Part shown: positions 1-9,024 of the stretch, piece after piece
Position numbering within the stretch: the first letter of the stretch is position 1
How the letters are laid out: each line of letters starts with the position of its first letter
Assembly (NCBI GenBank): GCA_020059605.1
Contig: JAGVBT010000120.1
Location: 1,582 to 65,581 of the forward strand
Length of the DNA stretch: 64,000 bases
DNA from: Deltaproteobacteria bacterium
GTDB taxonomy: Bacteria > Desulfobacterota > BSN033 > UBA1163
Reading direction: 5' to 3'
Notes under the pieces: model-generated
What the model was told of the DNA's origin: nothing
Seen by the model: the letters and a program-made list of their open reading frames with translations, nothing else
Database searches by the model: none
Program-made: the position numbers and the translations under genes

Positions 1-276
1 CGTCATCTTGGGGAAGAGTCTTCTTCCTTCCGGAACCACGCCGATCCCAGCATCAACGACCTGGTAAGGCTTCCAGGAATGGATCGGTCTCCCCTCAAAA
101 AGGATGGAACCTTCCACCGGGGAGATCAATCTCAGAATCGTTTTCATGGTTGTCGTCTTCCCCGCTCCGTTGCTTCCGAGGAGGCAAACAAGCTCCCCCT
201 TCTCGATCTCCATGCTGACCTTCCGGAGCATGGGAACGCCCCCGTATTGAGTCGAAATCCCTTCAAGCTTGAGCAT
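1..276 (-). CDS. livF: High-affinity branched-chain amino acid ABC transporter ATP-binding protein LivF (N-terminal 92 codons; continues past window start)
   Basis: Minus-strand ATG at 276; my own translation gives MLKLEGISTQYGGVPMLRKVSMEIEKGELVCLLGSNGAGKTTTMKTILRL... with a Walker A motif; overlaps the livG stop by 14 nt; absent from the ORF track only because it runs off the edge. Confidence 0.8.
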   Translation of the reverse strand, partial: MLKLEGISTQYGGVPMLRKVSMEIEKGELVCLLGSNGAGKTTTMKTILRLISPVEGSILFEGRPIHSWKPYQVVDAGIGVVPEGRRLFPKMT

Positions 277-1054
277 CCTGTTCTTCCCTTCCCAAATAGG
301 CTTCGAGCACCAGTTCATTGTTCGATATTTCCCGAAATGTCCCCTCTGCAATCTTGCGGCCATAGTTAAGGACGACCACTCTCTCGGCCACCTCCCGGAT
401 TACCGCCATATCGTGCTCAATGATGATGATCCCGATTCCACCGATTTTTTGCCTCACTTTTCGTATGTCCTCCATCAGCTCTTCGGTCTCGGCGGGAGTC
501 ATCCCGGCAGAGGGCTCATCCAGCAGGAGAAGCCTGGGGTTGGAGGCCAGCGCCCGGCAGATCTCCAACTTTCTCCGGTCGGCCTGGGGAAGATCTCCTG
601 CCCGCTGATAGCAGTTTTTAGCCAGGTCCTGGCTGAACTGGCTCAAGAGTCCCAATCCTTTTTCCACTCCCTGCTCGACCTCCTTCTCCACATAACTTCG
701 CCGGAAGACGGCGTCGAACCAGGTCGAATCCTGGTGAGGATGCATCCCGATCAGGACATTATCAAGGACGGTCAGATTGAGGAAAAGCCGGTTGTTCTGA
801 AATGTCCTGGCCACCCCTTGCTTGGCAATTTTAAAAGTGGGGAGGCCAACCAGGCTCTCCCCGCAATAACGGATCACACCTCCTGTGGGTTTATAGATGC
901 CGGTGAGGAGATTGAAGAAAGTCGTCTTTCCCGACCCGTTCGGCCCGATCAGGCCCACCGCCTCTCCATGGTCAATGGTGAAATCCACCTCATTGACGGC
1001 GGCCAATCCTCCAAAACGTATCGTCAATTTTTCCGTCTCTAATAATCTTCCCAT
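263..1054 (-). CDS. livG: Branched-chain amino acid ABC transporter ATP-binding protein LivG
   Basis: 263-aa ORF; Walker A GPNGSGKTT, ABC signature and LivG-type N-terminus (LLETEKLTIRFGGLAAVNEVDF). Confidence 0.9.
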   Translation of the reverse strand: MGRLLETEKLTIRFGGLAAVNEVDFTIDHGEAVGLIGPNGSGKTTFFNLLTGIYKPTGGVIRYCGESLVGLPTFKIAKQGVARTFQNNRLFLNLTVLDNVLIGMHPHQDSTWFDAVFRRSYVEKEVEQGVEKGLGLLSQFSQDLAKNCYQRAGDLPQADRRKLEICRALASNPRLLLLDEPSAGMTPAETEELMEDIRKVRQKIGGIGIIIIEHDMAVIREVAERVVVLNYGRKIAEGTFREISNNELVLEAYLGREEQDAQA

Positions 1055-1085
1055 GCGCCCTTTTTCTCCTCGCGTGAGATCAACT

Positions 1086-2237
1086 TTATTTTTTATAGAT
1101 TCTCATCTTCTGGGGGAAGAGGCCCTGGGGCCGGAACATTAACATCGTGACGACAATGACACCGTAGATCAGGACCCGGAAATCCTCAAAAGCCCGAAAC
1201 TTTTCAGGCAGAATCGTCAGAAGAATGGCCCCGATGATCACTCCGAAGACGTTATCCATCCCTCCGAGAATCACCATCGTCACCACGACCACCGATACGA
1301 TAAAAGCAAAATTCTCAGGAGAGATAAAACCGATATAGTGCGCGTAAACCGTCCCGGCGACTCCTCCGAAAAAGGCATCGATACAGAAGGCCAGAATCTT
1401 ATACCAGGTCACATCAATGCCGTGGCACCGGGCGGCGATCTCATCTTCCCGGATGGCATTCCAGGTCAGTCCTACCCTGGAATGGTGAAGCCGGTTGGCG
1501 ACGAAAATAGATCCCCCGACTAAAACAAAGATCAGGTAGTAGTAATTTGACTGAAAGGGGAGTTGATAGCCGAAGAGACTTAATGGATCTTTGAAGGAGT
1601 GACCGAAAAGGGAAGGAGGAGGAATGTTTGGAATTCCATTGGGCCCTCCCGTCCATGAAAAATTGACGAGGAGGATGTAGACGATCAGTCCAAAAGCGAT
1701 CGTGACCAGGGACAGGTAGTAGTCCTTTGTTTTCATACAGGGAATGCCCAGAAGAAGGCCGAAGAGGGAAGCCAGGCTTCCACCCACCACAAGACCCAAC
1801 CAGAAGGAGATGTGAAAATGGACCGCCAAAAGGGCGGATGCATAGGCCCCGATCCCGTAGGAAGCGGCTGTGGCAAAGTTGACCACATTGGTGCTTCCGA
1901 GCTGAAAATTGAGGCCGAGCGCGAGGATGGCAAAGAGTCCGGCCATGACGCAGATGTGGACCAGATAGGGGCTCGATTGAAAAATGAATGGCAGGGTAAG
2001 AAGCATCAAAACGAAACCGGCCCCTGCAACGATCTTCATCTCTTTAAAGAGGTCGGTCAGGGCCAGGCGTGCCCTGTCCAATTTTCTAAACATCACTCCC
2101 ACCCCTATGAAAAAGAGAAGAAAAGCAATCACCTTCCCCGTATCATATGTTTTCATGAAGGCGGCAAAGAGAATGAAAAAGAATGCCTCCACCGAAAGCA
2201 GGAGGATGGCTCGTCCGATGGTCCGGGGCAGCATCAC
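1086..2237 (-). CDS. livM: Branched-chain amino acid ABC transporter permease LivM
   Basis: 383-aa polytopic ORF of the LivM type with an N-terminal extension typical of LivM; sits between livH and livG. Confidence 0.85.
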   Translation of the reverse strand: MMLPRTIGRAILLLSVEAFFFILFAAFMKTYDTGKVIAFLLFFIGVGVMFRKLDRARLALTDLFKEMKIVAGAGFVLMLLTLPFIFQSSPYLVHICVMAGLFAILALGLNFQLGSTNVVNFATAASYGIGAYASALLAVHFHISFWLGLVVGGSLASLFGLLLGIPCMKTKDYYLSLVTIAFGLIVYILLVNFSWTGGPNGIPNIPPPSLFGHSFKDPLSLFGYQLPFQSNYYYLIFVLVGGSIFVANRLHHSRVGLTWNAIREDEIAARCHGIDVTWYKILAFCIDAFFGGVAGTVYAHYIGFISPENFAFIVSVVVVTMVILGGMDNVFGVIIGAILLTILPEKFRAFEDFRVLIYGVIVVTMLMFRPQGLFPQKMRIYKK

Positions 2238-2249
2238 TCAGGAACCTCC

Positions 2250-3173
2250 TTAAACTTTTTCGTAGACTTTTTCTCCCAAAATCCCGGAGGGTTTAAAAAC
2301 CAGGAAAAAGATCACCACCAGAAAAGCAAAGACGTCGGTATAGGGAGTGCCTCCGGGAATAAAGGCCGCAGCAAACGTCTCCACCACTCCCAGGATCAAA
2401 CCCCCGATAATGGCTCCGTAGACATTGCCGAGCCCTCCCACCACGGCGGCAGAAAAACCCTTAACTCCCCCCATCAGCCCCATATCAAACCGGATGATGT
2501 TGTTGTAGGCCCCGATCAGGATGCCGGCGATGGCGCCCAGCGCGGAACCGATTAGAAAGGTGGCCGCCACCGTCCGGTCGATATTGATCCCCATCATGGC
2601 TGCGGCCTCCGAATCCTGGGAGACCGCCCGGATGGCGGCGCCGATCCTCGTCCTCTTGATGAAGAGAAACATCATGGAGATGAGAAAGAGCGTCGTCCCG
2701 AAAATGATCATATTGTCGGCCCGGAGGAGCACTCCGCCCCACTCGAAACTGGCCTGGGGCAAAATCCTCGGAAAGATCTGGGGATTGCTGCCGTGAGGAA
2801 AGGAAAGCCTAACCGTTTCCCGGATGACCATCCCGAGAGCCACGGTTGCTACCAGCACCATCAGCAGGGGCGCATAGCGAAAGGGCCGGATAACCACCCT
2901 TTCGAAAAACGTCCCGATCAGCCCCGTGAGAATCATGGCCACGATGATCAAGAGTGGAACGAAGAGAAAGCCGGGGAGGAAGGTCACAACTCCGAGGAAC
3001 TTTGCCAGTTCATAGAGGATGAGGGTCATAAAGGCACCAAGGATGCAGACATCTCCATGAGAAAAGTGGACGACATTAAGCGCCCCAAAAAAGAGATTAA
3101 ATCCGATGGCGATGAGCGTATAAGTGCATCCGAGGAGCAAGGCATTGATCAATTGCTGTAGAATTTCAGCCAC
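2250..3173 (-). CDS. livH: Branched-chain amino acid ABC transporter permease LivH
   Basis: 307-aa hydrophobic ORF of the LivH family; operon position. Confidence 0.85.
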   Translation of the reverse strand: MAEILQQLINALLLGCTYTLIAIGFNLFFGALNVVHFSHGDVCILGAFMTLILYELAKFLGVVTFLPGFLFVPLLIIVAMILTGLIGTFFERVVIRPFRYAPLLMVLVATVALGMVIRETVRLSFPHGSNPQIFPRILPQASFEWGGVLLRADNMIIFGTTLFLISMMFLFIKRTRIGAAIRAVSQDSEAAAMMGINIDRTVAATFLIGSALGAIAGILIGAYNNIIRFDMGLMGGVKGFSAAVVGGLGNVYGAIIGGLILGVVETFAAAFIPGGTPYTDVFAFLVVIFFLVFKPSGILGEKVYEKV

Positions 3174-3290
3174 ACAGGTTCTCCTTCCTATGGAATCCTT
3201 TTCACCCCCTTCGCTCCCCGCTTCCCGGGAAGAAGGAAGCGAGGAGAGAAGGGGAAAATTGCCCGAGGGGTAGGCAAAAGACCGAGTCGC

Positions 3291-4469
3291 CTATTTGGGG
3301 AGTTTACGGCTCCCCTTGATGTATTCCGATTCCTCCCAGGTAACCCACTTTCCACCCTGTCCTACGAATCGGCTGACCATGACATTGGTGGTCTGACCGG
3401 TGGCATCGAAACTGGTTTCACCCATCAGGCCTTTATACTTGACTCCCCGAATATATTTCGTAATGGCGGCTTTGTCCTCCGGCCCGGTTTTCGAAATGGC
3501 TTCGAGGATAATTCCTGCGGAGTCGTAAGCGTTGGGGCCATAGGCGCCGAAGGGCTCCCGGTACCCGGCCCCTTCATATGCCTTGACAAACCTTGTTCCT
3601 CCTTCAAGCTTATCGATCGGTCTTCCAGGCTTGATGGTCAATACCCCTTCTCCAGAAGGACCGGCTACCTCTAAAAATTTATCGTCTTTGATCCCGGAAA
3701 TTGCAAAGAACAGCTTCTTGAGGCCTACCTTTTCCATCTGGTCCCGTACGAGAGCTCCCTCCATCACTACGCCCCCGAAATAGACGGCGTCCGGGTTCAA
3801 GCCTTTCACCTTGGTCAGAATGGGTCGGAAGTCCGTTGTCCCTACGGTAACGCTATCCACGGAAAGGATCTTCGCCCCTTTGGCCTCGGCCATGGGCCGG
3901 AAGGCTTTGAGATTCATCTCCCCGTAACTGCTTGTATCCGAAATGATCGAAATATTTTTATATCCCAGTTCCCCGATCACCCAGTCACAGAGAGGACCAT
4001 TCTCCTGGACCAAAGTCGGCGCCACTCTATTGACTCCAGGATATTTATAGAAACCGGTGATGTCAGGGTGGATGGCTCCCCAGACGATGAAGGGAATCCT
4101 ATAGGTGTGAAAGATATGGATCGTAGCCAGAGCCACCGGACTGTTCCAGTGGCCGCTTGCCGCTGCAACGGCCGGATCGGAAACGAGTTTGAGCGCAGCT
4201 GCCACACCGGTGGCCGGATCGGAGGCATCGTCCAGAGCCACCATCTCAAATTTGAAAGGATATTTGCCGGAGGCGTTCGCCTCGCGAATGGCCAGGTCAA
4301 AGGCATTCCGCGCCCCCACGCCCTGCGCCGCGTTGGGTCCGGTGAGCGGACCGATAAAGCCGACCTTCACCACCTTGGATTGGGCCCATCCGTCCGATGA
4401 AATTAAAAAGATCGGAATGGCTAAAAGAAGAAAAAGAACCGCCTTATGTCTAAAAACCTTCATCTTCAT
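3291..4469 (-). CDS. Periplasmic substrate-binding protein of Liv-type ABC transporter (LivJ/LivK family)
   Basis: 392 aa with N-terminal signal peptide (LLLAIPIFLISSDGWAQ); periplasmic-binding-protein type I fold motifs; first gene of the liv operon. Confidence 0.85.
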   Translation of the reverse strand: MKMKVFRHKAVLFLLLAIPIFLISSDGWAQSKVVKVGFIGPLTGPNAAQGVGARNAFDLAIREANASGKYPFKFEMVALDDASDPATGVAAALKLVSDPAVAAASGHWNSPVALATIHIFHTYRIPFIVWGAIHPDITGFYKYPGVNRVAPTLVQENGPLCDWVIGELGYKNISIISDTSSYGEMNLKAFRPMAEAKGAKILSVDSVTVGTTDFRPILTKVKGLNPDAVYFGGVVMEGALVRDQMEKVGLKKLFFAISGIKDDKFLEVAGPSGEGVLTIKPGRPIDKLEGGTRFVKAYEGAGYREPFGAYGPNAYDSAGIILEAISKTGPEDKAAITKYIRGVKYKGLMGETSFDATGQTTNVMVSRFVGQGGKWVTWEESEYIKGSRKLPK

Positions 4470-5278
4470 ACCCTCCTTTTCGTTTGAATGTACTTGCTAC
4501 CCCCTCGAGCAGCAATATTCGATTCATTCCTTAACGGGAATGAAATCTTATCGGCATACTCGATCACCAGCTTGCCCAGCTCGGCCGCTTTCCGTTTGCT
4601 GATTCGATAAACAGGGCCGGCGACGCTCAATCCTGCGATCAATTCACCCAACGGGCCCAAGATCGGAGCGGCCACGGCCCTTACGTCCCGATCCACTTCC
4701 TGGTCGCTGAAAGCCACCCCCTTCTTCCGGATATGCCTGAGATGGGCTTTGAGCTCGTCGGCATCCGTGATGGTATGCGGAGTATAATGTTTCAAGCCCT
4801 CTTTGTCGATGATCTGGTCCCATTCCTCTTCCGGGAGGAAGGCCATCAGGATCTTGCTCGATGCTCCGCAATGGAGGGGTATGGTTACCCCCGGCTGGAA
4901 GACCGAAAAACGGACGGGTTCTTCGCTTTCTACCCTTTCGAGCACTACGCCTCTGGTTCCGTTTACTGCCGTGAGGAGAACAGTCTCCTTGGTCCGTAGA
5001 GAAAGCTCTCGCATCAATGGCTGGGCCAGGGTGGAAAGATTGAACTGGCCTTTGGCCAACAGGCCCAACCGCAGGGTATTCAAGCCAAGGGTGTAGCGGG
5101 CGGATCCATCCTCCTCTTTGAGGAGGTTATATTGGGTCAAGGTTCTCACCAGGCGGTAGGTCTTACTCTGGCTGTATCCGAGGCGTTTCGAAATTTCGGA
5201 AACCGTGAACAGGGGCGTAGAAGCTTCGTAGAGGAGCAGGATGTTCAATCCATGGGCAAGAGACTGATTGATTGACAT
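4466..5278 (-). CDS. IclR-family transcriptional regulator
   Basis: 270 aa; N-terminal HTH (VSEISKRLGYSQSKTYRLVRTL) plus IclR effector domain; overlaps the livK start by 4 nt. Confidence 0.85.
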   Translation of the reverse strand: MSINQSLAHGLNILLLYEASTPLFTVSEISKRLGYSQSKTYRLVRTLTQYNLLKEEDGSARYTLGLNTLRLGLLAKGQFNLSTLAQPLMRELSLRTKETVLLTAVNGTRGVVLERVESEEPVRFSVFQPGVTIPLHCGASSKILMAFLPEEEWDQIIDKEGLKHYTPHTITDADELKAHLRHIRKKGVAFSDQEVDRDVRAVAAPILGPLGELIAGLSVAGPVYRISKRKAAELGKLVIEYADKISFPLRNESNIAARGGSKYIQTKRRV

Positions 5279-5381
5279 TGTTAGATTTTAACAACTAATT
5301 GTCAATATATGAGAAATAAACTTAACAAGACCCACCTTTTTTGTCAAGAAAAAAGTGAAAAAATCCGTAACGAATTAAATC

Positions 5382-5410
5382 TTGACTTCCCGTTTTCGAT
5401 CTGGTAGTTT
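5382..5410 (+). promoter_or_regulatory. Sigma-70-like promoter (TTGACT-17-TAGTTT) upstream of the small membrane protein gene; shared IclR/liv upstream region
   Basis: Hexamers read directly from the sequence; a GGAGGTGA RBS and ATG follow 40 nt downstream. Confidence 0.35.
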
Positions 5411-5449
5411 TCAATCCATCCGATTCTTGATGAAAAGGAGGTGAGGAGC

Positions 5450-5668
5450 ATGTCGAATGTATTGGGCATTATCATAGGAGTGATCGTTGTGATCGTGGGA
5501 ATCATCCTTCTGGTGACCTGGTGGTCCGTCTTCATCAAGGGGGTGATGGCGACCCTCCCTATTCTGCTGATCCTGATCGGGGCCGGTGCGCTGATCTACT
5601 TCATCAGCGAGATCAAATCCAAACTGGAAATGGGAAAGGGAGACGCCTCCGCCGATGAAAAGAAATAG
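5450..5668 (+). CDS. Small two-TM membrane protein (72 aa), function unknown
   Basis: Strong RBS AAAAGGAGGTGAGGAGC then ATG at 5450; the track ORF starts at GTG 5441; two hydrophobic helices and a charged C-terminus. Confidence 0.6.
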   Translation: MSNVLGIIIGVIVVIVGIILLVTWWSVFIKGVMATLPILLILIGAGALIYFISEIKSKLEMGKGDASADEKK

Positions 5669-5877
5669 AAAGAATGAAAAAATTGCAGCGGGGAGATGAG
5701 GTGGTCAGGGTGGACAAGGAATTGGGAATTGCATGGATCCTTTTACCCCCGGATTCGGGACTGGGAGGATTCCGTGGGATCTCCCCACGGATGATGGACG
5801 AGGAGAAATATCTCCTGGCGAAGAAAAAGGCAAAGCAAAAAGAGGACTTATGAAGCTCCGAAAGGTGCGTTTCCCGG

Positions 5878-6546
5878 TCAATGCCTTACCCTTTGTTCCC
5901 TCTTCTTCTCCTGTATCGTGCGATCCAGTATCCCCCGATGGATGACCCGTCCATCGGGGTCCGCACTGATTGCCTTCAGGTAGTAATGCTCCGCTTTCGC
6001 CCCTTCCCCGATCTTCTCATAGCAGTCGCCCATCAGATTCAGGGCATCTTTGAAAGTGGGAAGATATTCAATGATTTCCTCCAGCGTGTTGATGGCGGCA
6101 TAATATCGCCTTAATTTCCAGTAGCAGACCGCCAGCCAGTAGTGCCCCTGGTAGTGCTTGGGGTTGATGTGAACGACCGTCTCATAATGAGGAACGGCCT
6201 TTTCAAACATCCTTCTTCGAAAGTAGAGCCCTCCGAGGTTCATGAAAACGGGAATGGAATGCGGGTCTTTTCCTAATATCTCCTCGTAGGTCCGGGTCGA
6301 TTGATCCGTCAGGCCGGCCTGGTCATACGCATTGGCCTTTCCAAAAAGGTAATTGAAGCGATGCTCCTCTCTTGAATGTTCCCTGAATATCACATCCCTG
6401 ATGAGGAACCAGAGGACAGGAATCATATGGAAGAGGTAGCGAAACAGTTTTAAGCTCATCCGTTTCTCCTCAAAACGTGCTGCTTTGGAATATTCATAAA
6501 TTCCAATCACCAAATTCCAAGCTCCAAATAAATTCCAATGACCCAA
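5878..6546 (-). CDS. TPR-repeat protein with N-terminal membrane anchor
   Basis: 222 aa; TPR-like repeats (AVCYWKLRRYYAAINTLEE, NLMGDCYEKIGEGAKAEHYYLKAI); hydrophobic N-terminal segment. Confidence 0.6.
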   Translation of the reverse strand: MGHWNLFGAWNLVIGIYEYSKAARFEEKRMSLKLFRYLFHMIPVLWFLIRDVIFREHSREEHRFNYLFGKANAYDQAGLTDQSTRTYEEILGKDPHSIPVFMNLGGLYFRRRMFEKAVPHYETVVHINPKHYQGHYWLAVCYWKLRRYYAAINTLEEIIEYLPTFKDALNLMGDCYEKIGEGAKAEHYYLKAISADPDGRVIHRGILDRTIQEKKREQRVRH

Positions 6547-6612
6547 TAACCAAACGTTGATTGTCGTTTGGAATTTGGATATTGGATATTATTTGGTTAT
6601 TGGTGCTTGGTA
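6487..6612. repeat. TTCCAA/TTGGAA-family (B) palindromic repeat, copy 1
   Basis: ccaaattccaagctccaaataaattccaatgacccaataaccaaa ... tttggaatttggatattggatattatttggttattgg (inverted arms). Confidence 0.7.
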
Positions 6613-6630
6613 ATTGGTTATTCTTCTTCC

Positions 6631-7725
6631 TTATACACTAAACCGGAAGCGGATGATATCTCCATCCTGAACGAGATACTCTTTCCCTTCTGACCGGAGA
6701 AGGCCCCTCTCCTTTGCGGCATGTTCGGATCCGCAGATTATAAATTCATTGAATGGAATGACCTCCGCGCGGATGAATCCCCGCTCCATATCGCTATGGA
6801 TCTTTCCCGCGGCCCTGGGAGCGGAAGTGCCCCGGGTAACAGTCCAGGCTTTTAACTCGGAACTGACCGTGGTATAAAATGTGACAAGTTCGAGAGTCTC
6901 GTAACCCACCCGGATCAACCTCTCCAAGCTTGACCCTTCCAGGCCCAGTTCCTTTCTGAATTCCTCCCGTTCCTCCTCCTTCAACTCTGCGATTTCCGCC
7001 TCCAGGTCGCCGCAGATGACCACCACCCTGGATCCGGCTTTTTGGGCCCATCCTGTCATTACTCTCAGGCAGGTACCATCTCCTCTCAGCTCCTCTTGAT
7101 CCACATTGGCCACATAAAAGACCGGTTTTGAAGTGAGAAGATGAAGATCCTCGAAAATGGCTTTCTTTTCGCCGTGATAATGAAGTTTCCCTGCTTCCTG
7201 CCCCCTGTTCAAGAAGGCCTGCACCTCCCGATAGACGTCTAACTCCAGACCGCTTTCCTTGGCGCCGACCCGGTGCAGTTTCTCCGTCTTAGCCATCCTC
7301 TTTTCCAGCGCCTGGAGATCGGTCAGGATAAGTTCCGTATTCACGACCTCAATGTCCCTGATCGGATCGAGGGAACCGAAGTCATGCGCAACATTTCTGT
7401 TCTCAAAGCATCGGACGGTGTGGGCAATCGCATCCACATTCCGGATGTGATCTAAGAATTGATTCCCCAATCCCTCTCCCTTGCTCGCGCCCTTGACCAA
7501 TCCGGCAATGTCGAAGAATTCGAGCGTGGTCGGGATTACTTTTTGTGGATGGAGCCGTCCGGCCAGATCCTCCAGCCTTTTATCCGGGACAGGGACAATG
7601 CCCAGGTTGGGCTGGATGGTACAGAAACGGTAGTCCGCAACTTCTGCCCCGGCTGCAGTGAGGGCGTTGAAGATGGTCGACTTCCCCGCATTGGGAAGGC
7701 CAACGATTCCGCAACGAAAACCCAT
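6631..7725 (-). CDS. ychF: Ribosome-binding ATPase YchF (Obg-family GTPase)
   Basis: MGFRCGIVGLPNAGKSTIFNALT P-loop and a TGS-like C-terminus; start moved to the internal ATG at 7725, which has a GAAGGGTGA RBS; the longer track ORF reads through the upstream repeat element. Confidence 0.9.
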   Translation of the reverse strand: MGFRCGIVGLPNAGKSTIFNALTAAGAEVADYRFCTIQPNLGIVPVPDKRLEDLAGRLHPQKVIPTTLEFFDIAGLVKGASKGEGLGNQFLDHIRNVDAIAHTVRCFENRNVAHDFGSLDPIRDIEVVNTELILTDLQALEKRMAKTEKLHRVGAKESGLELDVYREVQAFLNRGQEAGKLHYHGEKKAIFEDLHLLTSKPVFYVANVDQEELRGDGTCLRVMTGWAQKAGSRVVVICGDLEAEIAELKEEEREEFRKELGLEGSSLERLIRVGYETLELVTFYTTVSSELKAWTVTRGTSAPRAAGKIHSDMERGFIRAEVIPFNEFIICGSEHAAKERGLLRSEGKEYLVQDGDIIRFRFSV

Positions 7726-7741
7726 CTTGTCACCCTTCGTT

Positions 7742-7925
7742 AAATCCGAATATCGAATATCGAAATTCGAAACAATGACCAAAATTCGAATCTCAAATGA
7801 CCCAAACTCATTTTTTAAGATGTGACATTTTGAATTTTGAACATTTGAAATTCGGATTTGTTTCGAATTTCGCTTGCCTTCGCCGAAGCGGCTTCGCGCA
7901 GGCAGGTGCTTCGAGTTTCGAATTT
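7742..7925. repeat. TTCGAA-rich palindromic repeat element, family A (gene-less MITE-like copy)
   Basis: Left arm aaatccgaatatcgaatatcgaaattcgaaacaATGACCAAAATTCGAATCTCAAATGACCC; right arm gaaattcggatttgtttcgaatttcg plus a GC hairpin gccttcgccgaagcggcttcgcgcaggcagg; arms are inverted repeats; related copies at 13636, 22840, 27846, 41925, 56199 and 56622. Confidence 0.7.
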
Positions 7926-8019
7926 AAGTTTTTTATGGATTTTTTCCATATTATTTGTATAATAAAACGTTGAGAAAATAAAGCCCTACAGTGGAAATCT
8001 CCGGAGGGAGGAGGAAATC

Positions 8020-8895
8020 GTGAAACAACAGAATCGCCTGATGGTGGAGATGGCCTGTAACGCCGTTAAGAAGACGAAATCAAAGGGAGTGCTTCTCTAT
8101 GCGGATCTGATCGAAGATTATGAGGCCCTCTTTAAGATCGTCCAGGAGAAGCAGGTTGATCTCATCCTTGCGATCAAGGACGAGGCCTCTTTTCAGGAGG
8201 CCGTCTCCATTTTTGATAAAATCCTTCGAATCCCCGATCTTCCACTCGGTCGGATCAACCAAATTAAAATGGCAATCATCCAGGCCCTCTCCAAAGGCCT
8301 CGTCCAGAAAGGGGATAAATGGATCTGTCTTTCGGGAATGCCGCAATTGAAGGCTCTCGATAATCTCCTCATCCTCGAATTCGGCAAGGAGTTCGAGATC
8401 CTATCCTCCTCCGATCTTCCGGTGATTTCAGAAATCGTAAAGCCGGAGGTCTTCGAGGCTGTCCTGAACCTCGCCCTGGAGATCTCCATCGAAGCGAAGG
8501 AGGGAAGGAAGACTGTGGGAACCATCTTCGTCCTTGGCAGACATGAAGAGGTCCTAAAATTTTCCCACCCCATGGTGATCAATCCCTTCCAGGGGTATCC
8601 GGAGGAGGAGAGAAATATCCTCGATCATCGGTTGAAAGAAACGGTGAAGGAATTTTCTTCCATCGATGGGGCCTTTATCTTCCGTGAAGACGGGGTCATC
8701 CTCGCGGCAGGCCGCCACCTCGACGCCTCCGGAGAGAATATCGAAATCCCCCTGGGACTCGGAAGCCGTCACAGGGCTGCCGCCGGGATTACCCGCCTGA
8801 CCGATGCGCTGGCCATTGTCGTTTCCGAAGAGACGGGCGGGGTCAGGATCTTTCACCACGGAAAGATCTTTATGGAGATCGAAAAGGAAGAGTGA
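8020..8895 (+). CDS. Diadenylate cyclase (c-di-AMP synthase): C-terminal DAC (DisA_N) domain with a non-membrane N-terminal domain of about 150 aa (CdaZ-like architecture)
   Basis: DAC motifs IDGAFIF and LGSRHRAAAGITRLTDALAIVVSEETGGVRIF; GTG start with a GGAGGGAGGAGG RBS; no TM helix and no DisA HhH domain. Confidence 0.8.
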   Translation: MKQQNRLMVEMACNAVKKTKSKGVLLYADLIEDYEALFKIVQEKQVDLILAIKDEASFQEAVSIFDKILRIPDLPLGRINQIKMAIIQALSKGLVQKGDKWICLSGMPQLKALDNLLILEFGKEFEILSSSDLPVISEIVKPEVFEAVLNLALEISIEAKEGRKTVGTIFVLGRHEEVLKFSHPMVINPFQGYPEEERNILDHRLKETVKEFSSIDGAFIFREDGVILAAGRHLDASGENIEIPLGLGSRHRAAAGITRLTDALAIVVSEETGGVRIFHHGKIFMEIEKEE

Positions 8896-9024
8896 AGGAC
8901 ATTGGAATAATGGAAGGGTGGAAGAATGGAATAATGGGTTTATTCCACTATTCCATCCTTCCAATATCAAAGCGAATTTTGGTTTTCATCAATCCGCATT
9001 CCGCAATCCGAAATCCGAAATCAG
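8896..9024. repeat. Palindromic repeat, TTCCAAT/ATTGGAA family (C) fused to a short family-A fragment (gcaatccgaaatccgaaatcag)
   Basis: ggaataatggaagggtggaagaatggaataatggg ... ttccactattccatccttccaat inverted arms, read directly. Confidence 0.55.

Noticed and set aside
79-1042. Plus-strand ORFs 79-369 and 269-1042 (96 and 257 aa)
   Set aside because: Both are antisense to the well-supported livF and livG genes. They have low-complexity Pro/Arg-rich translations and no RBS, so they are shadow ORFs.
1812-3161. Plus-strand ORFs 1812-2555, 2521-2796 and 2793-3161
   Set aside because: Antisense to the livM/livH permease genes. Their His/Gly/Asp-rich composition is typical of reverse-strand artefacts in GC-biased codons.
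8554-8970. 138-aa minus ORF and 8193-8582 minus ORF
   Set aside because: Antisense to the diadenylate cyclase gene, which has complete catalytic motifs.
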